DNA of 20,000 bases from an uncultured virus (IMG/VR IMGVR_UViG_3300007734_000750) (IMGVR_UViG_3300007734_000750), one strand, 5' to 3'; counted from the first letter of the stretch, positions 6,345-16,042 are shown. A program made the numbers and translations. Notes: generated by a model not told the origin, from the letters alone.

Positions 6345-6815
6345 ATGGAAAATAATATGAAACCCCCCTGTAGAATATATCTTGATGATGTAAGAACTCC
6401 GACTGGCGATAATTGGATTGTTGTAAGAAATTACGATGAATTTGTTGTGGAAGTTAATAAAATTGGGTTGGAGAATATTGATATAATTTCTTTGGACCAC
6501 GATTTAGGTGATACTGCAATGAAAGAATATTTTGATAATGTTTCACCAAATTATACTTTGGATTACAGTAATATTCACGAAAAAACCGGTTATGATGCTA
6601 TTAAATTTTTGGTATCATTATTTCACAATACAAATGAAGAGAGATTTAATATGACAAGAAGTGAGAGAAAGGCTAATAAATTTGTGTTCCCAATTGTGTA
6701 TGTTCATTCTGCCAATCCAATCGGGGCGGGAAATATAATGGGTTTTTGTAACAATTTTTTAATGAACGAGGGTCAAGCGCAAACTTGTGTAAGAGTCCGA
6801 ATACCACACGTATAA
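6345..6815 (+). CDS. Cyclic-phosphate-processing receiver-domain protein
   Basis: IYLDDVR, ISLDHDLG, TGYD, VHSANP.G motifs; TATCTTTG element at 6321-6328. Confidence 0.8.
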   Translation: MENNMKPPCRIYLDDVRTPTGDNWIVVRNYDEFVVEVNKIGLENIDIISLDHDLGDTAMKEYFDNVSPNYTLDYSNIHEKTGYDAIKFLVSLFHNTNEERFNMTRSERKANKFVFPIVYVHSANPIGAGNIMGFCNNFLMNEGQAQTCVRVRIPHV

Positions 6816-7324
6816 TGAATATATTTTTCTTAGATGAGAATCCGACTTTGTCGGCAAAATACCACGTAGATAAACACGTAGTTAAAATGATTTTGGAAAC
6901 GGCTCAGTTATTGTGTTCGGTTCATCACACGACCCCCCAAGTTGGCACCCAAGTTACCCCCCAAGTACCCTACAAGTTGTCACATAAAAATCATCCTTGT
7001 GCGGTGTGGGCTCGTCAGAGTTTATCAAATTATTTGTATTTGTGTGAGTTGGGATTGGAATTGGGTAAAGAATATACCCACAGGTATGGTAAGAAACATA
7101 AATCAATTGAGGTGATTGAATGGTGTATTGTAAATAGACCTAACATTCCGGACATTGGTTTTACCACTCCGGCGAGAGCGATGCCGGATGAGTTTAAGGT
7201 AGATTCTGTTGTGGAATCTTATAGAAATTATTATATGGGGGCTAAAATTAATTTAGCTTCTTGGAAAAACAGAGAAAAACCTTTTTGGTTTGGAAAAAAA
7301 GAATTAGATTTGCAGTATGATTAA
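6815..7324 (+). CDS. Pyrimidine-dimer DNA glycosylase (DenV)-like protein
   Basis: MNIFFLD..DKHVVKMILETAQLL, H.NHPC..W, YRNYY; start reassigned to ATG 6815. Confidence 0.75.
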   Translation: MNIFFLDENPTLSAKYHVDKHVVKMILETAQLLCSVHHTTPQVGTQVTPQVPYKLSHKNHPCAVWARQSLSNYLYLCELGLELGKEYTHRYGKKHKSIEVIEWCIVNRPNIPDIGFTTPARAMPDEFKVDSVVESYRNYYMGAKINLASWKNREKPFWFGKKELDLQYD

Positions 7325-7967
7325 GATAGATAAAGATAGAAAGGTATGGATTATATCCGACACTCACTTTGGACATAAGAATATATGTAGAGGAGTGACC
7401 GAATGGCGTCTTCCTGATGGAAGTGTTCCAATATCTCAAACAAGAGATTTTAATACAATAGAACAGATGAACGAAACAATCGTCAATAACATTAATAGTG
7501 TTGTTGGGCAAGACGATGTGTTAATTCATCTTGGGGATTTTAGCTTCGGGGGTTTTGAAAACATCCAAAAGTTCAGAGATAGAATTTTGTGTAAAGAGAT
7601 TCACCTTATATTGGGAAATCACGATACAAGCATAGAAAAAAATAGAGAGAATGTACAAGAATTATTTACAAGTGTTAGTCACTACACAAAATTGATGTAT
7701 AAATTTAAAACATTTGTTTTATTTCACTATCCTGTAACGAGTTGGGATGGATTAAATAAAGGACATATCCAACTTCACGGGCACGTACATCTCCCAACAA
7801 ATTTAAGGTTTGGTAAAGGTAAAAAAATGGACGTTGGTATGGATGGTCACCCAACATTTGGCGTGTATGATATTGATGATATTATACGAATAATGGATAA
7901 ACGTGAGATTGCGTCGGATATGTTATTTGACCACCATACGGATGAATTAAAGGGTGTTGTTGGGTAA
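7317..7967 (+). CDS. Calcineurin-like metallophosphoesterase
   Basis: SDTH, LGD, GNHD, HYP, HGHVH motifs. Confidence 0.92.
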   Translation: MIKIDKDRKVWIISDTHFGHKNICRGVTEWRLPDGSVPISQTRDFNTIEQMNETIVNNINSVVGQDDVLIHLGDFSFGGFENIQKFRDRILCKEIHLILGNHDTSIEKNRENVQELFTSVSHYTKLMYKFKTFVLFHYPVTSWDGLNKGHIQLHGHVHLPTNLRFGKGKKMDVGMDGHPTFGVYDIDDIIRIMDKREIASDMLFDHHTDELKGVVG

Positions 7968-8576
7968 AAGGGGGATTTTATCCCTCTTTTCTAAATTGTC
8001 CCACCACCATAATGGTTGTAAATTAGTATAATGACAAAGTTTTTTTAATTCTTCATCATTTTTTGCGGAAGATAGGGGGGTAATATGGTCAATATGCCAA
8101 CCAAATTGTCCGTGATTTTCCCAAGACATTTCACCGGTAAATTTATTTTCTAAATGTAATTTTAATTCTATTGGAGAACAACCAATTAAATCAAAAGTTT
8201 TTTCTTTTTTTGTTTTTAAAATTTTATGTATTTTTGACCTATAAAGAGTTTTTAATTTAAATACTGGGTCATTTTTTTTTCTTTCACGAAGAGCTTTATT
8301 TAATCTATCTTTATTTTTTCTAACCCACTCTAATTTTCTTAAACTAATTCTTTCTTTGTTTTCAGTCGCATATTTGGAGGTTCTTTTTGATATTTTTGTT
8401 TTATTATCCTCTCTATATTTTTTATCGTATTCTTTTCTAATATCTTTTCTATTGTTTTGATATAATTTAACACAAATTTTACAATTAGATACTTTACCTA
8501 ATTTACCCTTACTTGAGTTATGAAATTCACATAATTCTTTTTCAATTTTACACTTAGTACAAATCTTTGATTCCAT
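7947..8576 (-). CDS. HNH-type endonuclease with N-terminal Zn motif (copy 1)
   Basis: CTKC..CKIC; WHIDHITPLSSA..LCHYTNLQPLW..DNL.K. Confidence 0.85.
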   Translation of the reverse strand: MESKICTKCKIEKELCEFHNSSKGKLGKVSNCKICVKLYQNNRKDIRKEYDKKYREDNKTKISKRTSKYATENKERISLRKLEWVRKNKDRLNKALRERKKNDPVFKLKTLYRSKIHKILKTKKEKTFDLIGCSPIELKLHLENKFTGEMSWENHGQFGWHIDHITPLSSAKNDEELKKLCHYTNLQPLWWWDNLEKRDKIPLLPNNTL

Positions 8577-8709
8577 AATATTTTCTTAATAATTTTTCAA
8601 TTAATTTTGATTTATTGGTTAAATCATCTTCCATTTTTTTGTTAATTTCCGGAGTTAAAGTTATGGATACTTTAACACGCTTGTCTTCTTCTTTTAATGT
8701 TGGTCTCAT
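8554..8709 (-). CDS. 51-aa ribbon-helix-helix-like protein (MRPTLKEEDKRVKVSITL...)
   Basis: Manually translated; alternating beta strand then NKSKLIEKLL helix; paralog at 19425-19577. Confidence 0.75.
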   Translation of the reverse strand: MRPTLKEEDKRVKVSITLTPEINKKMEDDLTNKSKLIEKLLRKYYGIKDLY

Positions 8710-8784
8710 ATATATAAATATACGGAAAAAATGTAAAATACTATTTTTATTAAAAAAAAATGTTTATCTTTGTAAAAAAATAAT

Positions 8785-9048
8785 ATGTTAAACACAAGAG
8801 TAGAAGACAACCACTTTAATGAAGATGATTCATTAATATCGTCACGGATTATAATTGAGGTTCCATTATCTCACGAAATGTTACAAGATTGTTATTCGTA
8901 TGCAGCAATGGATGCACCATCTGAAATTAAAAGAATGTTGATGGAATTTCTTGGTGATACAATTGATGAAATCATTTTAGGTAAAAGACCTGATAATGTT
9001 GATGAACAATGGTTAAGAAGAAAACTAATAGAAGTAAAAGTAATATGA
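8785..9048 (+). CDS. Hypothetical protein, 87 aa
   Basis: ORF after TATCTTTG (8765-8772). Confidence 0.75.
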   Translation: MLNTRVEDNHFNEDDSLISSRIIIEVPLSHEMLQDCYSYAAMDAPSEIKRMLMEFLGDTIDEIILGKRPDNVDEQWLRRKLIEVKVI

Positions 9049-9335
9049 GAATTAAACAAACAAAAAAAGATTTATTTGTGTGTTCCTGTCATAACACGGA
9101 ACATCAAATGGTTGTCCTATATGATGAGGACGATATTGATGGTGTAAGATTTCCAATGGTTTATATTCACACACATTTGGTTAAACGCCCATTTTGGCAA
9201 AGAGTTGGTTATGGATTGAAATATATTTTTGGACATCAATCAAGATACGGAGCGTTTGATGAGTTCATCATTAATCCTGATGACGTTGAAGGTATTGAAA
9301 AAATTGTTAAATATTTAAAAGAATGTGAATTATGA
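9045..9335 (+). CDS. Hypothetical protein (start likely MRIKQ)
   Basis: ATGA overlap coupling with both neighbours. Confidence 0.75.
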   Translation: MRIKQTKKDLFVCSCHNTEHQMVVLYDEDDIDGVRFPMVYIHTHLVKRPFWQRVGYGLKYIFGHQSRYGAFDEFIINPDDVEGIEKIVKYLKECEL

Positions 9336-9727
9336 AAGAGTTATTTTTATTGAGAGGATTACCGGGAAGTGGTAAATCAACATTGGCAAAAATGTTAGTT
9401 GGTGATAAAGATTATTGTCACAAAGAGGCGGATATGTATTTTGTCGATAGGGATGGTAACTACAAATTTGATGTTACATCATTAAGAGATGCTCACGCTT
9501 GGTGTCAAGAAGAAGTTGAGTTCCTTATGAAATACGAACATAAAGTTGTAGTATCAAATACATTCACCCAAGAGTGGGAAATGACACCTTATTTTGAATT
9601 AGCGGAAAAATATGGTTACAGAGTTCATTCACTTATTGTAGAGAATAGACACGGAGGTGTTAATGTACACGGGGTTCCGGAAGATAAATTGGAAATAATG
9701 AAAAATCGTTTTGAAACGAAACTTTAA
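9332..9727 (+). CDS. P-loop kinase (polynucleotide-kinase/AAA_33-like)
   Basis: LRGLPGSGKST Walker A, EAD, VVVSNTF, HGVP motifs. Confidence 0.85.
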   Translation: MKELFLLRGLPGSGKSTLAKMLVGDKDYCHKEADMYFVDRDGNYKFDVTSLRDAHAWCQEEVEFLMKYEHKVVVSNTFTQEWEMTPYFELAEKYGYRVHSLIVENRHGGVNVHGVPEDKLEIMKNRFETKL

Positions 9728-9760
9728 TTCCATATCTTTGTCCCCTAAAATTATTTAACT

Positions 9761-10090
9761 ATGAGCGGAGGAGCATTTGATTACAACCAATATAAGATTG
9801 GTTACATCGCAGACCAAATAGAGCAAACAATTATTAAGAATGGTCTTGAGAAAACACAAGAAGAACTTAAAAACGAAAGTTGGAGAGACGATTCTTGGTA
9901 TGAAAAATACCCTGAGGACTTCTTCCATTACAAATACCCGGATGAGGTTATTGAGAAGATGAAAGAGGCGGTTAAAGCTCTTCATATTGCTCAAGAATAC
10001 GCTCAACGAGTGGATTGGTTATTATCAGGTGATGATGGTGAGGAATCATTCTTAAGTAGATTGGAAGAAAATTTGAAAAAAATAGAATAA
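9761..10090 (+). CDS. Hypothetical protein, 109 aa
   Basis: ORF after promoter TTTG 9710 / TATCTTTG 9733; MSGGAFDY..DWLLSGDDGE. Confidence 0.8.
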   Translation: MSGGAFDYNQYKIGYIADQIEQTIIKNGLEKTQEELKNESWRDDSWYEKYPEDFFHYKYPDEVIEKMKEAVKALHIAQEYAQRVDWLLSGDDGEESFLSRLEENLKKIE

Positions 10091-10091
10091 G

Positions 10092-11117
10092 ATGTTAGAA
10101 AAACTAAACAAATATTACGAAGACGGGTTACTTTACAAACAAGTACATCCATACCTCCCATTAACCATATGGAACTATTCAGAAAAGTGCCAATATGAAA
10201 ATCTTTGGGACGAAACTCTTTTGATGTGTAGAGGTTTAGTTACCGACCATACCGGAGACATTGTTGCAAAACCTTTTGATAAATTCTTCAACATAGAGGA
10301 AGGAAAATTTGAACCAACTGAAAAGTTTGAGGTTTATGAAAAAATGGATGGCTCACTTTTAATAGTTTTTTGGTATGAGGGTCAATGGGTGGTTGCCACT
10401 CGTGGGTCATTTGGTTCAGACCAAGCAATTAAGGGTAGAGAATTACTTAAAAAATATAACACCGACATAATGTTCAGACATCAGACTTTCTGCTTTGAAG
10501 TTCTCTATAAAAATAATCGTATAGTGGTAGATTACGGTGATTATGAAGGGTTAGTCCTATTAGGAACCTTTGATAAGAATGGTAAAGAATATGATGTGGA
10601 AATGTGGAGAGAATACGGGTTTGATGTGGTTAAAAAATACGATGGTATCAATGACTACAAACAACTAAAAGAAATGGTTAAAAACGACCAAGAGGGGTTC
10701 GTAGTGAAGTTCTCCAATGGGGATAGAGTCAAAGTTAAAGGTGCCGAGTATCTTCGTCTTCACAAAATAATGACCAACGTCACTACAACCGGAGTTTGGG
10801 AGTATTTAAAAAATGGTGAAGATGTTTTGGAATTATTAAAAGATGTTCCGGACGAATTTTATAAAAAAATTCAAAACTATGTTAAAGAATTAAGATATGG
10901 TTATTTTCAAATATCTGAAGATGCGGGTAAAAAGTTTGACGGTAAAATGTATGGTAAATACAACGACAAAGAACCTATTGAAGATAGAAAAGAGTTTGCT
11001 GAGTGGGTATTAACCCAACCTAAACATATGTCAGGGATTCTATTCAGAATGTTTGATAAAAAAGATTACTCTGAAATCATATGGAACCTAATCAGACCGG
11101 AATTTAAAAAACTATAA
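10092..11117 (+). CDS. T4 Rnl1-like RNA ligase
   Basis: CRGLV, KFFN, EKMDGS (motif I), TRGSF, EGFVV, VKVK..EY. Confidence 0.9.
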   Translation: MLEKLNKYYEDGLLYKQVHPYLPLTIWNYSEKCQYENLWDETLLMCRGLVTDHTGDIVAKPFDKFFNIEEGKFEPTEKFEVYEKMDGSLLIVFWYEGQWVVATRGSFGSDQAIKGRELLKKYNTDIMFRHQTFCFEVLYKNNRIVVDYGDYEGLVLLGTFDKNGKEYDVEMWREYGFDVVKKYDGINDYKQLKEMVKNDQEGFVVKFSNGDRVKVKGAEYLRLHKIMTNVTTTGVWEYLKNGEDVLELLKDVPDEFYKKIQNYVKELRYGYFQISEDAGKKFDGKMYGKYNDKEPIEDRKEFAEWVLTQPKHMSGILFRMFDKKDYSEIIWNLIRPEFKKL

Positions 11118-11118
11118 T

Positions 11119-11146
11119 AAAGTGGGGGTAACACCTCACTTTTTTT
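11119..11146. terminator. Terminator between convergent genes
   Basis: AAGTGGGG-GTAACA-CCTCACTT followed by T run. Confidence 0.75.
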
Positions 11147-11148
11147 AT

Positions 11149-11901
11149 TTAGTTATATACTCTTATTTCTATTGGAGTGTTTAGTAATATATCATTACTG
11201 AAAGTCCAAGTATATCCATCACCAGTACTTTGTGTATTTATTCTTAAACTTGAATCACCAGTATAATAAAAACTATTTCTAAATGTTCCTTGACCATCTA
11301 AACTACCAAAATATAATTCAATAGTTAAATATGTTTTATTCCCAATAAATAATCCATTTGATGATACTACATAATTTCCAACATCATTATAACTAAACCA
11401 AATATTACCAATAGTGTTCTCTAATACAGTTGCTATTGGAGCACCTGTGTTGTAGGAAACTTGATTTGGACCAGTATTAGATTTATCCCATTTTACAACA
11501 GAACTAGTTGCTATAAAACTAGTACCAACATTATTGTTTGGAGCTCCATTTGGAATAAAATCGGTTGCTGTATTTTCTGTTATAGTATAGGTAACTCCAA
11601 TAGTTAATGTATTCGGATTGTCATCCCAGTTTATATATTGAATGTTATCCCCCCCACTTTGTGTTAATAAGGCTGTGAATACTTTGTAAGCTGTGGTTGC
11701 TGACGGAACATAAAATCCTGTAACATTAAATGTTCCTCCTGTATTATTTGTGAATACTGTGGTTCCGGAAGAATAAGTTCCACCTGTAACAAATATATCA
11801 GTTATTTCGGTGGTTTCATTAACTAAAATAAATAAATCATTTGTTGTTAATGCCGATGTATTACCTTTTCCGCTAAGGACTTCAAGTACTTGTCTTTTCA
11901 T
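11149..11901 (-). CDS. Putative virion structural protein
   Basis: T/G/N-rich beta-type composition (VTGGTYSSGT..TGGTF). Confidence 0.6.
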   Translation of the reverse strand: MKRQVLEVLSGKGNTSALTTNDLFILVNETTEITDIFVTGGTYSSGTTVFTNNTGGTFNVTGFYVPSATTAYKVFTALLTQSGGDNIQYINWDDNPNTLTIGVTYTITENTATDFIPNGAPNNNVGTSFIATSSVVKWDKSNTGPNQVSYNTGAPIATVLENTIGNIWFSYNDVGNYVVSSNGLFIGNKTYLTIELYFGSLDGQGTFRNSFYYTGDSSLRINTQSTGDGYTWTFSNDILLNTPIEIRVYN

Positions 11902-11904
11902 TTT

Positions 11905-13890
11905 TTATATTCCTCCATCTGTTATTGTCCAACCGTAACCACCACTTAATGTTGAACCTGTTAATATTGCTTTTCCGGCAGAACCTTCTGATGTATATTT
12001 AATTGAACCAAAGTTAATTGTTAGTCCGGTTTTTGGGTTTTTGGTTGACCAACCATTATATATTAAATTTAAATTAGTTGATGAATAATTTAAATTAGTT
12101 TTATTAATCATAAAATAATTAAAATCAGTTACTCCGGATATATTCCAACTTCCAATAGGTTGATTAAATGATGTTGCATTTGCAAACATAGCGTTCATAT
12201 TTGTAACACCAGAAACATTCCAATTATTAATTGATGATGAACCACCATTATTAAACGACGTGGCGTTTGAAAACATAGCAAGAGTAAATGTGTTTTTTGA
12301 TAAATCCCAATTCCCAATATTTTGATTAAATACCGTCGCACCCGCAAACATTTGTTGTGTATTTGTTACTTTTGACGTATCCCAACTTCCAATAGGTTGG
12401 TTAAATGACGATGTTAAAAACATATTTGCCATACTAAGAACATTTGAAGTTGTCCAACCACTTATTGATGGAGACCCTTCATTATTAAAAGATGATGAAG
12501 AGAACATACTTGTCATACCAGTAACACTTGAAACATTCCAATTCCCAATATTTTTGTTAAAATTTGTTGCCGATTGAAACATACTACTCATATTAGTGAC
12601 ATTTGAAACATTCCATCCCGATAATGGTTGATTAAAAATTGTTGCATTTCTAAACATATTCTCCATTCTAGTGACCCCTGAAACATTCCAATTTCCAATT
12701 GGTTGGTTAAAATTTGAGTTACCATAGAACATATAATCCATTCTAGTGACCTTTGAAACATTCCACCCTGATAATGGTTGATTAAAATTTGATGCTAATT
12801 GGAACATACCATCCATTCTAGTGACCCCTGAAACATTCCAAGAACTAATTGATTGATTAAAATTTGTACAACCAGCAAACATATTAAACATAGTAGTCAC
12901 TTTTGAAACATTCCAAGAACCAATTGGTTGATTAAAATTTACGCAATTAGAAAACATACCTGTCATACCAGTAACATTAGATACGTCCCAACTATTTCCG
13001 TTATTAATAGTTGTTAACGACGTACACTGATAAAACATATAAGTTAAATCTGGTGTGTTTGATAAATTTAGTGTATCAGTAACACCTGTTAAAACTAAAT
13101 TAGTACATTGATTAAAATAATAACCTGGATAAGTGTTAACATTATTTGATAATATTATATTACCCCACTGTTTAATCTCAAGAATATTACTTGCGTTGGG
13201 TAGTGATAAAAATCTAAATCCTATAATGGTTCCGGTAATTTTAATGGTGTATATTCCGGCATTTGTATAAATGTGTTGTCTATTACTATATGAATTAGTT
13301 GATTGACTACCATCACCCCAATCAATGACCCCGGTATATGTTCCGTCGGGTAAGTAAGGTAACGAGATTGTTTGATTAGTATTTGCTGACCAAGTTGAAA
13401 TGAATGAATATGTTGGTGTTGTTCCTGACCCCTCCGTTATTTCTAATTGATATAATGTATCGTAAGGAATATTTTGATTTAATGAATTTAAATAAAGTTT
13501 TGATAATAACAACATTGTTGTATCATCGGAAAATTGTGAAAGACCTAAATTACCTAACGTAACTTTAATAACATTAACTTTAGAATTTTGACTAATAACA
13601 GGGTTTAATGGGTCGGTATTATTAACACCATCACCGGTTACACTTTGAACCCCACTACCACCAGAAACAGGCCCCCAACTTGCATTACCTGAACCATCTG
13701 ATGTTAATACATATCCTGCTTGTTCAGAACCATTCGAAAATTTAAAACTTGAGATAATTGTTAATCCGGATAAAAATATTGGATTAACGGGAATACCCCC
13801 ACCAATACGGTAAATATTACCGGTTGATAGGTCAGATTGGAGAACATAATTATAAGAATCCTTAATTAATTGATTAGAAATATCAGACAT
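11905..13890 (-). CDS. DUF285/BspA-type repeat protein with PKD-like domain, putative virion adhesin
   Basis: About 12 repeats FNQPIGxWNVSxVTxMxxMF; IDWGDG..H.Y...G.Y; N-terminal GYVLTSDGSGNASW fibre-like motif. Confidence 0.85.
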   Translation of the reverse strand: MSDISNQLIKDSYNYVLQSDLSTGNIYRIGGGIPVNPIFLSGLTIISSFKFSNGSEQAGYVLTSDGSGNASWGPVSGGSGVQSVTGDGVNNTDPLNPVISQNSKVNVIKVTLGNLGLSQFSDDTTMLLLSKLYLNSLNQNIPYDTLYQLEITEGSGTTPTYSFISTWSANTNQTISLPYLPDGTYTGVIDWGDGSQSTNSYSNRQHIYTNAGIYTIKITGTIIGFRFLSLPNASNILEIKQWGNIILSNNVNTYPGYYFNQCTNLVLTGVTDTLNLSNTPDLTYMFYQCTSLTTINNGNSWDVSNVTGMTGMFSNCVNFNQPIGSWNVSKVTTMFNMFAGCTNFNQSISSWNVSGVTRMDGMFQLASNFNQPLSGWNVSKVTRMDYMFYGNSNFNQPIGNWNVSGVTRMENMFRNATIFNQPLSGWNVSNVTNMSSMFQSATNFNKNIGNWNVSSVTGMTSMFSSSSFNNEGSPSISGWTTSNVLSMANMFLTSSFNQPIGSWDTSKVTNTQQMFAGATVFNQNIGNWDLSKNTFTLAMFSNATSFNNGGSSSINNWNVSGVTNMNAMFANATSFNQPIGSWNISGVTDFNYFMINKTNLNYSSTNLNLIYNGWSTKNPKTGLTINFGSIKYTSEGSAGKAILTGSTLSGGYGWTITDGGI

Positions 13891-13914
13891 ACTACAATTT
13901 TACAAATTTTTAGT

Positions 13915-13926
13915 TATTTATAAATA
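13915..13926. promoter_or_regulatory. Palindromic double TATTTAT motif between divergent genes
   Basis: TATTTATAAATA is self-complementary; the same motif precedes many other ORFs. Confidence 0.5.
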
Positions 13927-13928
13927 GT

Positions 13929-14255
13929 ATGGGAAGCATTTGTTATTCTTGGGATGATACACCTTTCGCGTGGATGGAGACACCATTTACGTGGAAAGAG
14001 GCCTGCGTAATTCAGAAAATTGTTGGTGCAGGAGGTATTGGACCAAGAATCCGTAAAAAAATGAAAGAATTAAGGCAAGACGAAGTCGCAACCTTAATTG
14101 GATTATTTGTGAGATTAGATGTTGATGAGATTGAATTTGAGACAAGAGTTAATAAAACTAAGAACAATAAAGTCACCGTAAAGTTAAAAGATGTTGAAAT
14201 TTTAATGAAAGAACAAAAATATATTAAGGTTAATGTGTCAATTATAAAAGATTAA
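13929..14255 (+). CDS. Hypothetical protein, 108 aa
   Basis: ORF with W-rich N-terminus. Confidence 0.75.
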   Translation: MGSICYSWDDTPFAWMETPFTWKEACVIQKIVGAGGIGPRIRKKMKELRQDEVATLIGLFVRLDVDEIEFETRVNKTKNNKVTVKLKDVEILMKEQKYIKVNVSIIKD

Positions 14256-14269
14256 GATATTTATTTGTT

Positions 14270-14818
14270 ATGAGTTACTTATTATATACAGACAAGGCAA
14301 ATAAATTCAATTGTAATATACAAATTGAAGGAACTTCTTTAGCGAAATCTAAAGTAAGATTAGTAATTGAGACAGATGAAATGTCTTATATGTTTAATGG
14401 TGCTATCGAAAACACTGGAGTGTGTGAGGTAAATATTCCAAAAACTAAACATTTTTTACCTGAAGGAACAAAAGGTAATATGAGATTAGAGGTTATTGCC
14501 GATGATGTCTATTTTGAGCCTTGGAGTTCTGACTTTGGTGTAAAAACAAATAAAAAAGTTAATGTTGTTGTTTCAGAACAAGAAGAAGAAAAACCAAGAT
14601 TAACAGTTGAGGTTTTCCAACAAGAGGAACCAATTATTGAAGAACCAAAAGTTAAAGTGGTTGAAAACCATAAACCTAAAGTTGCGGAACTTCCAAAGAA
14701 AAAAATTGTAGAATCCATAGTTAAAAAACCTGAAATGATGGTGGTTAGAACTAAAAGCGGTCAAAAATTACAAATTACAAAGGAACAATTCTTAAAAAAC
14801 TTTGGTAATTTAAAATAA
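14270..14818 (+). CDS. Hypothetical protein, 182 aa
   Basis: Beta-rich N-domain and charged tail; TATTTAT at 14258. Confidence 0.8.
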   Translation: MSYLLYTDKANKFNCNIQIEGTSLAKSKVRLVIETDEMSYMFNGAIENTGVCEVNIPKTKHFLPEGTKGNMRLEVIADDVYFEPWSSDFGVKTNKKVNVVVSEQEEEKPRLTVEVFQQEEPIIEEPKVKVVENHKPKVAELPKKKIVESIVKKPEMMVVRTKSGQKLQITKEQFLKNFGNLK

Positions 14819-14823
14819 AATTT

Positions 14824-15429
14824 ATGAGTGTGTCTATAATAGTAGCGTTTATCACGGGGGTTTTAGGTCCTCTTCTATTATTATTCATTAAGAATAAATT
14901 AGATAAAAAGGTTGAAAAACCTGATATGGTATTGGAAACATTAAAAGTTAGCGAACTTATAATGACCAAAATGGAACATATCAAAGAAGAATTTAAATCT
15001 GATAGAGTTTGGATTACCCAATTCCATAATGGTGGTAATTTTTACCCAACAGGAAAATCAATGGCAAAATTCAGTATTATGTATGAAGTTGTTGGTCCCG
15101 GAATACAATCAGTTCAAACAAATTTCCACAATATCCCTGTTAATTTATTTAGCCGTTCAATCAATCAATTATTGGAAAACGATGTAATTGAAATCTCCGA
15201 CTTTAAAGATGAAACTGTTGCAACATTTGGTTTAAAATATATTGCCGAAGACACAGGATGTAAATCAGGTTATTTATTCGCAATTAAAACTTTAGATGGT
15301 AAATTTATTGGAACATTAGGTTTAGATTATACCAGAAGAAAAACAAAATTAGATATTGAATCTATAAGTCATTTACAACAACATTCCGCATCCATTGGTG
15401 GTGTTCTAATGACACATTTAACTCAATAA
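14824..15429 (+). CDS. N-terminal TM plus GAF-like domain protein, possible T4 T-type holin
   Basis: Hydrophobic residues 4-22; DRVWITQFHNGG..IGTLGLDY. Confidence 0.55.
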   Translation: MSVSIIVAFITGVLGPLLLLFIKNKLDKKVEKPDMVLETLKVSELIMTKMEHIKEEFKSDRVWITQFHNGGNFYPTGKSMAKFSIMYEVVGPGIQSVQTNFHNIPVNLFSRSINQLLENDVIEISDFKDETVATFGLKYIAEDTGCKSGYLFAIKTLDGKFIGTLGLDYTRRKTKLDIESISHLQQHSASIGGVLMTHLTQ

Positions 15430-15430
15430 T

Positions 15431-16042
15431 ATGAAAAAATTAATAACACTAATCGAGGCGGTTGAGGCAGTTGATACTTCAAAATATTCTAATATAAAGT
15501 GGGAAGGTTCTGCGGCGTCAGATAAAATAAATTCATCATTATTAGCTGAAATTAATGCTGCAGCCAATTCAGCGGATATTATTGTTACCGTTTCAACGGC
15601 AAATTCAGGACATAAAACTCACACCTCTTCAGGTAATGTAAGTAGACATAAAACCGGTGAGGCTGTTGATATTTCAAGAATAAATGGAACGGGTTGGTCA
15701 AGTAAAAAAGATGCTCAATCAAAAAACATATTAAGTCAAATTGAAAGTTTTGTTGGTAAATTATCAAGTGCGGGGTATAAAGTTAATAGTGAATCAGGTA
15801 ATCTTAAATCTGTGTTGTATTTTGGGTTTCCGGAACACGATGACCATATTCACGTTTCAAGTCAATCTGATGACATATCAACTGATTTAAACACAGATGA
15901 CGTAGATAGTTCAGATGACCCAGGAAAAAATTTTATGATTGATTTAATTTCAGGAGCGGCTAAAACATTAGGATTAACAAATGAAAGTAAGCAAAATAGG
16001 ATAATAAATAATATAGATAGAATCAAACAATTATTAAAATAA
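15431..16042 (+). CDS. Zn-peptidase M15/LAS-type protein, possible peptidoglycan hydrolase
   Basis: SRH..GEAVDI (H-x6-D) and HDDHIHVS (HxH). Confidence 0.65.
   Translation: MKKLITLIEAVEAVDTSKYSNIKWEGSAASDKINSSLLAEINAAANSADIIVTVSTANSGHKTHTSSGNVSRHKTGEAVDISRINGTGWSSKKDAQSKNILSQIESFVGKLSSAGYKVNSESGNLKSVLYFGFPEHDDHIHVSSQSDDISTDLNTDDVDSSDDPGKNFMIDLISGAAKTLGLTNESKQNRIINNIDRIKQLLK

Noticed and set aside
12120..13020. CRISPR array or DGR repeats
   Set aside because: Repeats are in-frame protein repeats; no spacers, cas or reverse transcriptase genes in the window
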